Shown: piece after piece, positions 12,520-26,715 of the stretch
Numbering within the stretch: the stretch's first letter is position 1
Layout of the letters: each line of letters opens with the position of its first letter
Source of the DNA: Eledone cirrhosa
Taxonomy: Eukaryota
NCBI GenBank assembly: GCA_964016885.1
Contig: OZ024745.1
Location: 68,696,001-68,760,000 of the forward strand
Direction: 5' to 3'
DNA: 64,000 bases
The notes under the pieces: model-generated
The model's database searches: none
What the model was told of the DNA's origin: nothing
What the model saw: the letters and a program-made list of their open reading frames with translations, nothing else
Made by a program: the position numbers and the translations under genes

Positions 12520-12890
12520 TGATGTTCTAGTGCTGGTCTCACAATAAAATGCACCTAGTCTACTCTGTAAAGAGATAAAGCTGCTATCATGATAAATCCA
12601 GCCCACTCTAAAGAGGTAATGCAGTTGTCTGATAAAATGCATCAAGTCCACACTGTAAAGAGATAAAGCAGCTATCATGATAAAATGTAGCCAGTCCACA
12701 CTGTAAAGAGGTAAAGCAGCTATCATGATAACATGTAGTCAGCCTACTCTGTAAAGAGGTAATGCAGGTGTCATGATAAAATGTATCCAACCTACACAAT
12801 GCCAAATATGAACATGATGTGTCCATCCGACTTGTCTAGTGTCAGAATATGACAACTTATACGAACAATTGTAAAACAGTGATGATGATG
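12520..12890 (+). repeat. ~40-bp minisatellite derived from RTE 3'UTR repeat units, ending in an RTE-type tail
   Basis: Unit approximately CACTGTAAAGAG(A/G)TAAAGCAGCTATCATGATAAAATG, about 6 copies, then GTAAAACAGT(GAT)n. Confidence 0.7.
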
Positions 12891-13035
12891 ATTTCATTAC
12901 TAAAATAGTAACATAAAACATGGTTCTCATAATAAATTATATTGGAGTAGTTTAATTTAAATAGGAACTCTTTAAAATGGATGGTTTTGTTTTTTATACG
13001 ATTTGACCTGGTTGATCTGATTTACAGCTACATAT

Positions 13036-13413
13036 TGACACACGACCGTGACCTCTGGCGTCATGCAGTAATACAGAAGACCCAACCCCCTACGGGTACA
13101 AGCCGAAGCTGAAGCATATAGACAATATGCCCCGCCCCCTCCCACTGCAAACTGGTCGTGGAGGTGCCACGGCAAAAAAGCACCCAGCCCACACTCTAAA
13201 GTGGACGTGTAGGCGCCATGGAAAAAAAAAGCACCAAGCACTCACTGTAAATGAGGTTGGTGTTAGGAAGGGCTTCCAGCTGTAGAAATCAAGCCAGAAT
13301 CAGTTCCTGTATGAGCAAGGCATGGTCAGCCGACCGGACACTGCCCACAACAGGACAACCCGTCTAACCCATGCTAGCATGGAAGAACGGATGTAAAACG
13401 GTGATGATGATGA
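13036..13413 (+). mobile_element. RTE family B 3' fragment
   Basis: Near-identical to 741-1110. Confidence 0.92.
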
Positions 13414-13851
13414 TTGATTTACTTAAGTTCCTTTGTTCCAGTAACTATCACCACACATTGAAAATGATTTAGTCAGAGGTCACCTCAGTTTCATGTAGAA
13501 CAGGTTTTGTTTTACAGGTGGCATAGTGACTCTACTCCTCCGAATAAGAGAGCAAAGAAGAAGAAGATTACATTGTTTTCCATGTTTCTTTATCAATTTA
13601 TTTACTGACAAACACACATATACACACTGTACAATGGTAGTGCTTGTGCTGCAAGAAAATACACCTGGTACACCCTGTAAAGTGGGAATGCTAGTGCAAC
13701 AATAAATTTCCCTCAGTACACTTTGTAAGGTGGTAGTGCTAATGCTACAATAAAACACATTCGCTGCACTTGATAAGGGGGTTGGCATTGAGATAGGGAT
13801 TCAGCCATGAGACCATGCCAAGTGTGAAACATTTGTCTGTGTGTATGTATG

Positions 13852-13905
<54 letters not shown>

Positions 13906-14763
13906 TTAATTTGTATTCCAATGTTACTAAGTAGTTGCATTGGATGGAGTCAACTGACGTCAGAGATTGCTCAACGTATAATAAAGTGTGTTTTAAAATC
14001 CGGAGAAAATATGGAGAAAAAATTTACGAAATGGAAATGGTATATAGAATTTATTAGGTAACAATTGTTTCTATAGTGTATGAGTTACCTATACCTCGCT
14101 ACTTGAATAATACACAAATATTATCAAAAACCGAAAGTACACTGTAAGCCAACACACCATGTCATCAGACCTTTGTATTAGAATGATATGAACATATTTT
14201 ATACACTAGATAAAAGATAAAGAAGGAGGTAGGAAGAGAAGGGGAAGAGGGAAGTGAGTAAGGTGGAGGGAGTCTTAGGGTTTAAGACTGTCAGACTAGT
14301 AGAGATTGTGAAGAGAGAATGTTTTGGCAGCTTAATGAGGCGTGCTAAGGTTGGCTGGGAAGTAGATTCTTCTAGTGGTGTTGTTCGGACAAAATTTAGT
14401 TAGAGGGGTCAAAGTAGTACAGTGTCACAGACAACTTATTAGGGCTATTATAGTAGCAGGTTATTTCTAAAGGGGTCCAGAAAAACAGTGTTTAGTACTA
14501 TTATTATAGAAAGCCATATCTAGTGTATAAACATATAAGACAGAAATTTGCAAACGTTATATATATATATATATATATATATTTATGAAAACAGGGAGAA
14601 AGAGACGATTATGAGGAAGAAAAATTTTTGTTTTCCTCTTTTTTTTGTCTCCACATTTTATTATTATTATATATATATATATATATGGATAACATGTTTT
14701 TTATTAAAGAAGGTCAGTAATCTTTTCAGCTGTGTGCATTCTGAGTTGAAAACTTCTTATCAC

Positions 14764-14870
14764 CAGAAAAATGGTAATGCTTTTGCTAGAAGTTGTAATT
14801 GAGTGATAGTATCAGCAATGGAAAGACTAATGTAGTTTCTTTGGTCCATATCTGACAATTGGCTCCATTT
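14764..14870 (-). pseudogene. Candidate exon of a minus-strand gene
   Basis: ccccatttttccaaag|AAATGG...TTCTG|gtgata encodes KWSQLSDMDQRNYISLSIADTITQLQLLAKALPFFW. Non-repetitive, protein-like composition. Confidence 0.35.
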
Positions 14871-15146
14871 CTTTGGAAAAATGGGGATAAAATAATGATG
14901 TTGATGATGATGATGATGACACATAAATGTTACTTGATAAGATAAATTATAGTTAGAATAATAGTGCATGAATCCCTCACTTCTACTGTACTATGTCTAT
15001 CTAAGACACACAACTCTTGCTGCCTCAATCTGGGTAGGTAGACTTTATAATTGAACAATCAACAAGTATTTGTTAGCTTGCCACTACATGCACCAGCTGG
15101 TTAGATTGCCTGTGTTTTTATATATACTATAAAATATATATGATAA

Positions 15147-15206
<60 letters not shown>

Positions 15207-16991
15207 CATATATATGACATATATATATATATACATACTGTAGTTTACAGCAGTTTATTCCAAAAACTCATTATGCAAAAGAAACCACATGTTAATTTAC
15301 TGTTATACAAATTCACACATGCACACACACACATAATATATACAAGTATTGCTGAATGTGTCATGTTACTGTATATCTACAGTGAAGCAACGATGAGCTG
15401 AAAGAAAAGCTAAGCAGAAGAGGAATCAGATGCAGTGTGCAAGAGAGAAGATTACACTCTGGATGCTGAAAAATTATAGAAGAGATGATGAAGGAACACA
15501 GTGCTGGAGAAGACTTGTCCACTCCCTCTGTCCCCCTCACTCTCTCTCTCTCTCTCTCTGTATATATGATCATCATCATCACCATTTAACGTCCATCTTC
15601 CATGCTACCATGGGTTATATATATAATATATATATATATATAATTATATACAGTAATAATAAATACAAAGAGGGCTCAATAAGGATTGTATATATATATA
15701 TATATATAAGTATATATAAATCTGTAGAGCAAATATTAATTATTAGTACTGATTAAAGTAATCTGTACTACTACTACTACTACTACTACTAATAATAATA
15801 ATAATAATTGTTTCTACGTTAGGCACAAGGCCAGCAATTACCCAGTGTATTACTGGTACTTTATTTTTTCGACCCCGATATATATGTGTTTGTATATATA
15901 TATATATACACACACACACACAAATGCACATACACACAAACACACACATTTTTATGTAGTTTGGTTGTAGTTATGTTGGGAGTGTTAGATTCATACAATA
16001 TTATTCAAATACTGATTATGAAAGCTGCAATGTGTGTGGAAAGGTTGTGGCCATCTGATACTGCATTTGAATAACCCAAAAGTTTATTATCATCGTCATT
16101 TTATGTATACTTTCCATACTAGCATGAGTTGAACAGATTGTCACCGTACAAAACTAGGCACATGAGAGATCCTGCATCTTGCTCATACACTCCATATTTA
16201 GTTTGGTTACTATGTTTAGATGCCTTTTCTAACACCAGCCACCTTACAGGGTTTACTAGATGCATTTCTGCATGGCACCAGAATTACCACTTTACAGAGA
16301 GCACTGGGTGTATTTTATTGTGACACCAGCACTACCACTTTATAGTGTATAATGAATTCATTTTATAGTGACAAAAGCCATGTGCATTTTATAGTGGCAT
16401 TGGCACTAGTGAGGTTCTCATATGCTCAACTAGACTGAAGAGTCCTCTCTTCTCTACATTATCTCCATTTGATCACAAACAAACCACATTACATTGTATC
16501 ATCAATATCATTATAACTTAACATCAGTTTTCCCTTCTAGCAAGGCTTACTGAATTATTATTTTAGTAGTGTTACTCTCTATCTTCTCTGCATAACTCAG
16601 CATAGCTCCATGTCATTTGGTTGCATAGCATGCTAATGAGCAAGTTGGCATGCTAATGAGCAAGTTCCAGCATGGAGAGGACAAAGTTGTATGATGCATT
16701 AGCTCAATATAACTAGTGAGCTTCCTACCTGTGTTTGGGTGGGAAACCCTAAACATTTCTGTTTGTACTTTTTGAAATATCTTGTTTTATTCATTGCATT
16801 TTTATTTATAGTCTATTTATTCAATTCATTATGTTCTTATACAAAGTTTTAAATTATTTTGTACTAACGTGGTTAAAACCAGCTCTGGTTATATGAAACT
16901 ATATCACCCTTTTTAAAAGGGTCCTATTTAAAGTCATATCTTCCAACCTACATATATATAATAACCATATGTTAAGTTACTATCTTAATAA

Positions 16992-17172
16992 TTGTTTCTA
17001 CTCTTGGCACAAGGCCAGCAATTACCCAGTGCATTACTGGTACTTTATTTTATCGACCCCATAAGGATGAAAGGCAAAGTTAACCTCGGCGAGATTTGAA
17101 CTCAGAATGGCAAGGGCCGTAACTCTATGCATCAAAGCATGGCGTCCGACCCTCTACCGATACTGCCAATCC
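16992..17172 (-). mobile_element. Young tRNA SINE (family A) with TSD
   Basis: TSD ACTATCTTAAT on both sides; family core and tail. Confidence 0.9.
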
Positions 17173-18087
17173 ACTATCTTAATGAAATAATAAATAATTT
17201 TAGCAAATCCTTCAAAATTCTTCATGAATCAATTGAAATAGAATGTATTTCAATATAAATACAGTTATGAAAGTATTAAAGTGTTACCTTACTCTAATGC
17301 CCCTCACCTCCCTCAGCTCATCAGTTTAACATTTCATGTAATAGTATGTATCATGGAATTGAATGTAATTGCTCTCTCTGGCTAAATAAAAAGATTAATG
17401 CTGCTGTTGTTGATCTTGTTATTATTTCATGATTTTATCAAATCCTTGCTTGTACCTTCATTTATATGTAACTTTGTTTAGCCCCACATGCATTGTAACC
17501 CCTATGCTTTTAATGTTAATTGTATTATATATGCAAACATTTGTGGTAAAAGCTGAAAACCACACTTGTTGTTATTGTTATTATTATTATTATGTATTAG
17601 ACAAAATGCTTTATGGCAATTGTACTGGCACTTTATATTCTAAGTTCAAATCCAGCAAAGGTCAACTTTGCTTTCATGCTTCTTGGATCAATAAAATGAA
17701 GTACCAGTAAAGTGCCTAAATTACTATAGTATAGCATTAAAATAAAGTGCAAGTCAAGTACCTAAATTAGAAGAAATCATTGGAGTTAACACTCCAGATG
17801 CTTTGTGATACCTGCCCTGGCACTTTGTAGTCTTATTTAAAATCCTCTTTGACTTTCATCTCCCCAAATTTGATAAAATAAAGCACCAGTCAAGCATAAT
17901 CCCCCCACAAGACCTTCTGCTTAATTAAGAAATCTTCATTACTACTATTATTATCATGGTTCATTTTTGTTAATCTCAGCCACTTAGATTTTAAACAATC
18001 TGAATATTTCAGTTAGGGAGCAGTTAATAAGTTGACAAAGGTCCCTCACAACATCCTCTCCAGTGCCTTACATAGAGAAGACTTTCC

Positions 18088-18314
18088 TTAACCCTTTAGT
18101 ATTCACATTACTCTATATATACTATTATATTTTCATGGTAAAGGCTTTATCTTGCATAATTATATCACATAATATCGAATCTATGAGATTTTGAAAGTAT
18201 TTATTTTGAAAACAATACCTTAACATCAGTTTGAGCGACCGGTTACAGCCAGTTTCAACAGAAAGAGGTATAGAATTCTGGTCGGTTTTGGCCGGTTTGA
18301 ACATTAAAGGATTA
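18088..18314. mobile_element. piggyBac-like MITE P1
   Basis: TTAACCCTTTAGTATT ... AACATTAAAGGATTAA; internal sequence matches 7193-7414. Confidence 0.85.
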
Positions 18315-18369
18315 AAATTCTTTTGTATGACCTGTAATGGTGCATCAATTCCAATTCTATTTACTCATG

Positions 18370-18815
18370 GGCAGTATCAGTAAAGTGTCAGACACCACGC
18401 TTCATGGCATAGAGTTATGACCCTTTACATTCTGAGCTCAAATCCTGCTGAGGTTAGCTTTGCCTTTCATACTCACAGGGTCGATAAAATAAAGTACCAG
18501 TCAAACACTGGTGTTGATTTAATCGAATTTCCCCTCCTCTAAAATTGCTGGGCTTGTGCCTAAATCAGAATCAATTATTATAATTATAATTAATAGGGTG
18601 GGGTATTGGCAGTATCAGTAGAGTGTTGGGCAACATGCTTTGCAGCATAGAGTTATGTCCCTTTACGTTCTGAGTTCAAATCTCAGGTTAGCTTTGCCTT
18701 ACATCCTTATGGGGTCAACAATAAAGTAGAGTACCAATAATGTACTGGGGTCAATTTAATCAGCTTTCCCTTTCCCCCAAAATTGATGGCCTTGTACCTA
18801 AATCAGAAACCATTA
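18370..18815 (+). mobile_element. Two head-to-tail family A SINEs
   Basis: Two A-box/B-box/core/tail units separated by (ATT)-rich sequence. Confidence 0.85.
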
Positions 18816-19159
18816 TTATTATTATTGTTATCATCATCATCAGTAGCAATACAAGCAGATCTTTAGATTTGCTTGTAACACATTCCTGGCAAATAAAACT
18901 TGTTCTTCCCTGCCTCCCAAGATTTTTTAACAACAGCTGGGGTTTGGTTAGATTTGCTTTGGTTTGGTTTAAAACAGTTTTTTTTTCTTTCTGACAGAAT
19001 ATAATAACATTGCAGGTGAGAGGTATCAACAGTTTATACTAATATATCTGTATAGAGTGGAACTTGACATACTTTTATTCTATTTTAAAACAGTAAGGAT
19101 GTTGTTTATTCTATTATGTAATACCCATGTATACTTTAGTAAATAATATATAGTTTGTG

Positions 19160-19470
19160 CGTGAAGGAAGGTAGCCTAATAGTTAGAGTGTTTGGTTCAT
19201 GATCGTAAGGCCAAGAATTCACTTCTTGGTGACACATTGTGTCCTTGAGTAAGACACTTTATTTCACACTGATCGAGTTGTCCATTCAACTAAAAAAAAA
19301 AAAAAAAGGTGTTGTACATGTGATTCAAAGGGCCAGCCATGACACACACTGTGTCATGCTGTTTTCAGAGAACTATGCTAAGAGTGCATGCGCCTGTGGA
19401 ATGCTTAGCCACTTGTATGTTAACTTTGCAAGTTAGTTGTTCTGTTCATTGAATTAATTAATAAACTCAC
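19160..19470 (+). mobile_element. CORE-type tRNA SINE (degraded)
   Basis: tRNA-like head, then TTGTGTCCTTGAGTAAGACACTTTATTTCAC. Body matches the reverse complement of 33515-33780. Confidence 0.7.
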
Positions 19471-19576
19471 CAGAACTATATAGTGTAAAAATATAACTGC
19501 AGAAAACTTGACTTTTTCAATTGTAATTGCTAAGATATGTAAATGTTGCTGATATCATATGTGCTCTGAATATAAT

Positions 19577-19755
19577 TGTTTCTACTTTTGGCACAAGGCC
19601 AGCAATTACCCAGTACATTACTGGTACTTTATTTTATCGACCCCGTAAGGATGAAAGGCAAAGTTAACCTCGGCGGGATTTGAACTCAGATCGTAAAGGG
19701 ATTTAACTCTTTGCGTCAAAGCATGGCGTCCAACCCTCTTCTGATACTGCCAATC
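19577..19755 (-). mobile_element. Young tRNA SINE (family A) with TSD
   Basis: TSD CTGAATATAAT on both sides. Confidence 0.9.
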
Positions 19756-20639
19756 CTGAATATAATGGTAGATAGATGATGTATTGTTGTAGGTTACTAT
19801 GGCTCTAACAATGAGTCGTACACTGGTAGCTTAAATATCAATGTCCTGTACCACATAAATCCACATTAGCAAGACATTCTTGACAAGTAGAAAACAACAC
19901 TATGATTGTGTCACATTAAAAAGTAAAAGTCTTTCCTTTAATACAGTCAATTTCCATAACCATCTGTACACTGGTATAAACACTGGTATAAATATGTACA
20001 CATATTATAAACATTTGAATTAACAAATCCATTTTTAGATGTTTTCTGCTCAATCATTACAGGATGCTAAGAGCTAATGTGCTTCGTTAGTTCACATAGT
20101 CATCTTACAAACCTGTTCTAACATACAACTTAACAACACAACAAGTGCTTTAAGGACATCTTTTCAGCTAAAACATCATGAAGCATTGCGTTTCCCATGA
20201 CAACCTTCCTACATATCATAAGATCCTATTTGAAGCAATTTTTATAGCATGATAATGTTCCTATTACCAACCCTTTTAGTCACACTTTACAACATGCAAG
20301 GATACAATACAGCTATTTTAATCTGAATACACAGTATGCTAAATAACCTAGCATTCTGAATTTTTAATTATCTTAACCAGGAGTACTCTCCAACCCATAC
20401 CAGTATGGAAATACTGAGAGTACTTTTTGAGGCAATATTAAAGTGATAACATGATAAAATAGCTTTTAAGACAATTTAGTAAAAATGTTATGTTTTTTTA
20501 TATGAATAAATCTCTTCAGTAATAATAAAAAATTGATTTAATTCATGTCTTATTATTAATATTAGGATGGTACAGGGCAATAGATTGACAGATTTGTTAG
20601 GATATCCAATAATTCCTGAGCAAAAGAGTCAAGATGAAA

Positions 20640-21020
20640 TGATGTTAAGATAAAATGTATCCCATACCACACTATAAAGTGGCAATACAATGAAATGCAA
20701 CAAATACACTCTGTAAAGTGGTGGTTTTGGGTCCATGATAAAAAAAACCCACTACACTCTATTAAGTGGTAGCGCTAGTGTTGTGATAAAATGCCCCAGT
20801 ATACTTTGTAAAGTGTGAGTGCAAATGCCACACAATATACCCAGTACATTTTACAAAGTGGGTGGTGATAGGAAGGGCATCCAGACATAAAAACCATGCC
20901 AAAATACAGTACATTATGAGTAAAATATTGTTCTTTAACCCTAACTAATTTAATCTTGGATCATGACAACTCTACCAACCTATGCCAGGGTGGAAAGCAT
21001 ATGTAACATCATAATGATGT
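20640..21020 (+). mobile_element. Old RTE-type 3'UTR with tandem ~40-bp units
   Basis: Repeated AAAT..CCCAGTACACTCTGTAAAGTGG units, then AGGAAGGGCATCCAG and CCAACCTATGCCAGGGTGGAAAG. Confidence 0.65.
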
Positions 21021-21240
21021 TTGTTGATTTTCTGCCATTTTATTAGATATGGAAAAATATAATTAATGCTAGGGAGTTGATGTGAAAATATAGGGGGATA
21101 AAAAATATAGCATTTTTAAGATTTAAACAAGTAAAAATAATGAAGAAATAAATGAAGAAATATTTTAATTCTTAACTTTATCACAAAAAAATTAATGCTT
21201 GTAAAGAAATATTTCTGGGAATAAACAGTTGCAGCAAGAA

Positions 21241-21272
<32 letters not shown>

Positions 21273-21275
21273 AAT

Positions 21276-21329
<54 letters not shown>

Positions 21330-21497
21330 ATATTTATATACACATATACTACAAACACACATAAATGTATGCATACATACAAATATATGCATATATACAT
21401 ACACAGAAATTACAGCACATGCCATTCTCACTTTATTCCTTAAACATTTTAATCAAACAGAAGTGAATATTAGTTCTGTGAAAGAATATTAAAGCAT

Positions 21498-21860
21498 CCA
21501 GACTAGTGTTACTATTAGGGGAACTTTGCAGTCACTTAGGGTGCAGACCTCAGAGTGGTGCATTTTTAAATCTTAAAGGATCAGTTTTATATAAATTAAA
21601 TATATAACAATTTCCTGAGAACAATAACTAGATCTTTGTCACATATCAGTATTGTGGAAATGTTTGAAGTGGGGGAGTATGTCATAATGTGTTATGAGTT
21701 ATCACATGATATGGTGTGGGTGAATGTTGACTGTGTAGTGGAAAATGCATGCTTTTAAAAAATTTTCTTAGTGTGGGGAAAATAGGGCACATAACTGGAA
21801 GAAGGGAATGCACAGTATTAAGCTAGCTCAGGGCACTAAATACTCAGGTGCCAGCTCTGA
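21498..21860. mobile_element. Degraded hAT-like non-autonomous DNA transposon (same family as 61733-62200)
   Basis: Left end ...TACTATTAGG..TCACTTAGGGTGC and right end CTAAATACTCAGGTGCCAGCTCTG resemble the 61.7-kb copy. Confidence 0.45.
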
Positions 21861-21975
21861 ATACATAACTATTTTCTTTATTATCATCATCATCATCTCC
21901 AACAACAGCATCAATAATATCGAATGGTATTACCTTAATTCAAAATGCAGTGTTTTTACCATTACAATAGACATT

Positions 21976-22207
21976 AGGAAGTGAAAGAGATATAATATAA
22001 TTATTTCTACTTTTGGCACAAGGCCAGCAATTATCCCAGTGCATTACAGGTACTTTATTTTATCGACCCCGTAAGGATGAAAAGCAAAGTTAACCTCGGC
22101 GGGATATGATCTGGGGTCGATAAAATAAAGTACCAGTAATGCACTGGGATAATTGCTGGCCTTGTGCCAAAAGTATAAATAATTATATTATATCTCTTTC
22201 ACTTCCT
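21976..22207. repeat. 95-bp-arm fold-back inverted duplication (SINE 3' end plus unique flank)
   Basis: 21976-22070 is the reverse complement of 22113-22207 with 2 mismatches; 42-bp spacer. Confidence 0.95.
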
Positions 22208-22479
22208 TCCTCCCTCTCTCTCCTTTCTTCGGGAAGAAATCAGTTGTGTACAACTTCTTGCTGCAGTTGTGTCTTAGAGAGGGGTGGGCTCCTACAGGTT
22301 TAAATGCCAAAGAAATGTGGGACATCCTACAGTACCCTTATGACTTCATCAGAAGTCAAGGTCTCATGTCCTTAGCATGGACAACAGAAATTACTATTAT
22401 GAGTGTTTCAGGAATTTTGAAGGAAATGTAATGATTATAATATATAAATTTATAATACTTAAGATGATGACAAAGTGTT

Positions 22480-22760
22480 AAAATGTAGTGGTGGTGTAGT
22501 GGTGATAATGTTTCATAATATAATGATGGTGTAGTGGTGATAATTTTTAAAGAGATGGTGATGGTGTAGTGTTGATAATATAATGATGGTGTAGTGGTGA
22601 TAATATAATGATGTTGTAGTGGTGATAATATAATGATGGTGTAGTGGTGATAATGTTTAAAGATGTAGTGATGGTATTTTTAAAAATGTGGTGATAGTGT
22701 AGTGGTGATAATGTTTAAAGATGTAATGATAATAATGTTTAAAGATGTAGTGACAGTATA
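22480..22760. repeat. Degenerate minisatellite with core GGTGTAGTGGTGATAAT
   Basis: Direct reading, about 10 variable units. Confidence 0.85.
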
Positions 22761-23414
22761 ATATGTAAACAACATAATAACTTTGACACATTTGAAAATT
22801 CAAATTTCCATATGATATTTATGCGGGTGGAATCCTGGTAGATAATAGCTTAATCTTGATATGGAATGTGATGTATATCTCAGTCTCTTGTGTATATAAA
22901 GTTGGTAGATAACTATAATATCATGAGAGTAAAAGGATTATAACAGAATTATTTAGATAATGAAATAAAGGTATAAAGACACATGGACAGATAGACTGAT
23001 ATAAAAATAAATAGGTAGATAGCTAGATATGAATATAAATATAAATAGATAAATAAATAAATAGACAGGTAGTTAGGTAGACAGATAGATACAAAGATAG
23101 TTATAAAGATAGACACATAGATATAATGATAGATGAACAGGTAAAAAATTAAATGTCAAGAAAGTTTGGTGTATACAGAGAAGGAAAGAGTGAAATAGAT
23201 ATAATGTGGCTGTATTTAAGAGATACACATTAGTTTCTTAAGTTAACAGCCAGTGAATGAAGATGTTAGTAAATTTCAATTTTACTCTATATTACAGAAG
23301 ACAGAGAATATATTAAGTAAAACATAAGCCCTCAATAGCCAATATTTATCTAATGAGTAAATTAATAATATTAAAACGTAGTAAATTTTGTTTAAAAAAG
23401 ATTCTATTACTAAC

Positions 23415-23596
23415 CATCTTCCTATGTCAAAAATATCCATAGATGTAAGTTTTTATCCTGCCAAAGTTATATGGGTCTTAGCGCCTTTTGGTTTTAAAAC
23501 ATGTAAGCAAATACCATCCCCACTGTAAGGCTTCTTGGAGGCATGCAAAGCCCTGCACATAGCAGTAACTGCTTACTTATAAAGGAGGAAAGATAC
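23415..23596 (-). pseudogene. Candidate decayed exon
   Basis: Donor ATG|gttagt. Non-repetitive sequence; all frames contain stops (e.g. CRALHASKKPYSGMVFAYMF*NQKALRPI*LWQD). Confidence 0.2.
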
Positions 23597-24219
23597 CTAG
23601 GTACACATAGTATCATCATCATTACCATCATCGTTTAACGTCCATTTTACCTGCTAGTGTGTTGTATGTTTATATATATATTTAAAAAAAAAAAAAAATA
23701 AAAAAAAAACGAAAATAACTTCAGCTTCATATATGTGGCAATGTAGCAATGTGGTAATGTTGTATAGTGTTGCAGTCATCTAAATACGTCCCCCTAATGT
23801 ATATATCTGATGTTTAGGGCACAACCTACATAATCTATCTCTCTCTATATATACACTTGAAACTTTTTACAAGTAAGTAATCAGAGTGAGCCCTTTGGAA
23901 TTAAAACAGTCTCAGTATTACCTAACTAGAAGGAAATATATTACAAAACAACACAAAGGATTTAGGAGAGATAAAGACTGCAATACTGGACTTAATTTTG
24001 GTAATAATCAGATATATTTTTATTTTGCTAAGCTTAGTTTTTTTCTATCTTTTTTAGTTTTTTTTCCGATCTCTTTTTTTATTTTTTTTTCTATCTTTTT
24101 TTTTTTAAATTTTGAAACGTAACTTGAGGCAAATTAGATAATTTTAGCATAAGCAACATGAAATTGTATTAGAAAGCAACATAAACTATAACTTTTATTT
24201 TTATATCTAGCTAACTATT

Positions 24220-24750
24220 ATCTAACCCTTTTGATACCATGGCTGCCTGAAATCCCCCCTGGTACTATGATACAGAACTGTTTGTTCTAAATAGTATATT
24301 TATTTCTAAGGCTTTTATAATAATTTTATGTAAGAACTTTTGTTTAGTTATATTCCAAAGTGCCTGAAATTGCACCTGGTTTAATAGTACAAAACAGTTT
24401 GTTTTAAAGTGTTTATATTTATCTAAAAACATTCCATCATAGTTTTATGTAAAAATCTTTATGAGAAAGTTAGTCATATTTTCTAAATCCCTTCAAATTC
24501 TTGATTATTTTCAGAATTAATTAAAAATCATAGACAGAGTATTTTATTAGAGATATTATAATAAAAGAGTTAAAATTTTTATATTAAAAAAAAAAAATCC
24601 TTCCACCATAATTTTATGTAAAAATCTTAAGTTATGTTCTAAACACTAGCTTAATAGCAAGAAAGTTTAATTATTACTAAATCCCTCTAAATTCTTGATT
24701 ATTTTCAAAATTTATGGACAGTATCTTTCATTATAAACATGAAGGGTTAA
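24220..24750. mobile_element. Nested piggyBac-like MITE fragments (family P2)
   Basis: TAACCCTTTTGATACC start, ...AAGAGTTAA / AAGGGTTAA ends, repeated internal blocks. Confidence 0.7.
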
Positions 24751-26313
24751 TATGATGAGATGGAGATGGTTTACCTTTTTTTTTATAATACTCTTAAATA
24801 TTCATAACATAAACTATTAACAATAAACTGTTTATTTTCCCATATTGAGGATCAGAAATATACTACTACTAATAATAATGATTTCATTTATTGGCCACAA
24901 GGACCATCATGTAGGGTACAATACAATAATAATAATAATAATAATAATGGTTTCTTATATAGGCACAGGGCTAGCAATCTTGGGGGATGGGAAATTCGAT
25001 TAAATTGACCCCAGTGCATGACAAGTACTTTATTTTATCGACCCTATAAGGATGAAAGGCAAAGTTAACCTCAGTAAGATGAGCTTGTCTAGTCTTGGAG
25101 AGTGACATTCCATCCAATCCATGCCAGCATGGAAGGTGAATATAAAATGATGATGAGGATAATGAAGAAGATAGTTAGCAGGCCTGATTAAATGTCTTTT
25201 AGCATTTGTTCAAGTACTTTGTGCTCAGAGTTCAAATCCTGTCATAGTCAACATGGCAGTCAATTAGTAGAATTGTTAGTGCACTGGATAACATGCTTAG
25301 TAGTATCTGTTCCCCTTGTGTATGTTCTGGGTTCAAATCCCAACTTTTAACATTATAAAAATGATGACAAGATAGAATTGGGGTACCCTACTATTAAAAC
25401 ACCTAAGAAGCCTCTTATGAGATAAACCTATAAGAGGTTGGGTAAACCTACACAAGTATGAGCTGTAGTAACAATAGAAACATTAAATAAAGTTTAAGTA
25501 AAAATCTAACAAAGAAGAATTAAATGGTTAAAACATCATAACAGAACCACATGGAGAGTCACAGAGCTGTTGTTTAAGAGATTCAAGTATCACTGTAAAC
25601 ATTGGCTCAATATCAATACAGTCTCTCTCTCTCTATGTAAAATATTTTAACTAAAACATTATATCTAAGAGTTAAATATATGATATTGTCAGGGAAAATA
25701 TTGTTTGTAAATAAACTCTATTATAACTAAGACACATAGAAATAAATTTATAACTGTTATTTCTGTGTTATGATGATGAAGATATCAGAATTTTGTTGAC
25801 AAATATAAAACAGTTAGTTATATATATCTATAATCAAAAATATAGTTTTTCATTTCCAGTAGGTAACAAATTAGCATTCTGAGTTCAAAACCTGCTGTGG
25901 CCTACTTGTGTGGGGGACTTTAATCTGTCACCCTTAACATAATTCACAAGCTAAATCAGTATGACACTATATGTGACATGGCTGGAGACATTGGATTACA
26001 TCATAATCCATGACAGACTTCCATATAGTTTCTGCCTATCCAATTTTGCTCACATGGCATGAGTATACCTGAGGTGAAGGCTCTTGCCTAAGACACTACT
26101 GGTTTGATCATGAGGATCAAACCAGAACCTCATTATTGCAAAGTTAACTTCTGTTACAGGATGAGGCCTTAGAAATTATGTTGGATTTAGCACTCCCATC
26201 TACCTGTCATTGCTGGTCAAGTGTGGATGGACAGCGAGTGGAATTTGATGACTGAATGCAAAGAACCTGGAGAGATGCAACAAAACAACTTGTCCAACAT
26301 TATAACAATTCTG

Positions 26314-26497
26314 TGGATTGGCAGTATCAGTAGAGTGTCAGACACCATGCTTTGCAGCATAGAATTATGGCCCTTTACGTTCTGAGTTCAAATCCCTCCA
26401 AGTTTAGCTTTGCCTTTCATTCTTATGGGGTTTGATAAAATAAAGCACCAGTAATGCACTAGGGTAATTGCTGACCTTGTGCCAAAAGTAGAAACAA
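26314..26497 (+). mobile_element. tRNA SINE (family A) with 16-bp TSD
   Basis: TSD ATTATAACAATTCTGT on both sides. Confidence 0.9.
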
Positions 26498-26715
26498 TTA
26501 TAACAATTCTGTCAACTTACTATTTTTAATCAATTCTAAATGAAATCTCATATAGACTTTCTTTAGGACACCATTGTATGTCTTATATGAAGCTTGATGT
26601 GGTTAGTTCTTTGTTCATGTTATTCTTTATCATTTCATCATAGCCAGCGATAACCAGTTATTAACTTTTAGCATCTGATAATGATTTAGCAGAGAATATC
26701 TAAAAGTTGATTTGT

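Noticed and set aside
12550-12800. CRISPR-like regular repeats
   Set aside because: Eukaryotic context, contiguous degenerate units without unique spacers and no cas genes. They derive from RTE 3'UTRs.
13484-13585. Minus-strand signal-peptide-like MENNVIFFFFALLFGGVES and alternative small exons
   Set aside because: It stops after 23 codons, and several incompatible readings are equally weak.
13902-14570. Possible Penelope remnant with a 15-bp inverted repeat (14198-14212 / 14517-14531) and CTGATGA/GAAA words
   Set aside because: The core words are on opposite strands so no HHR can fold, and the peptide similarity is too weak to call.
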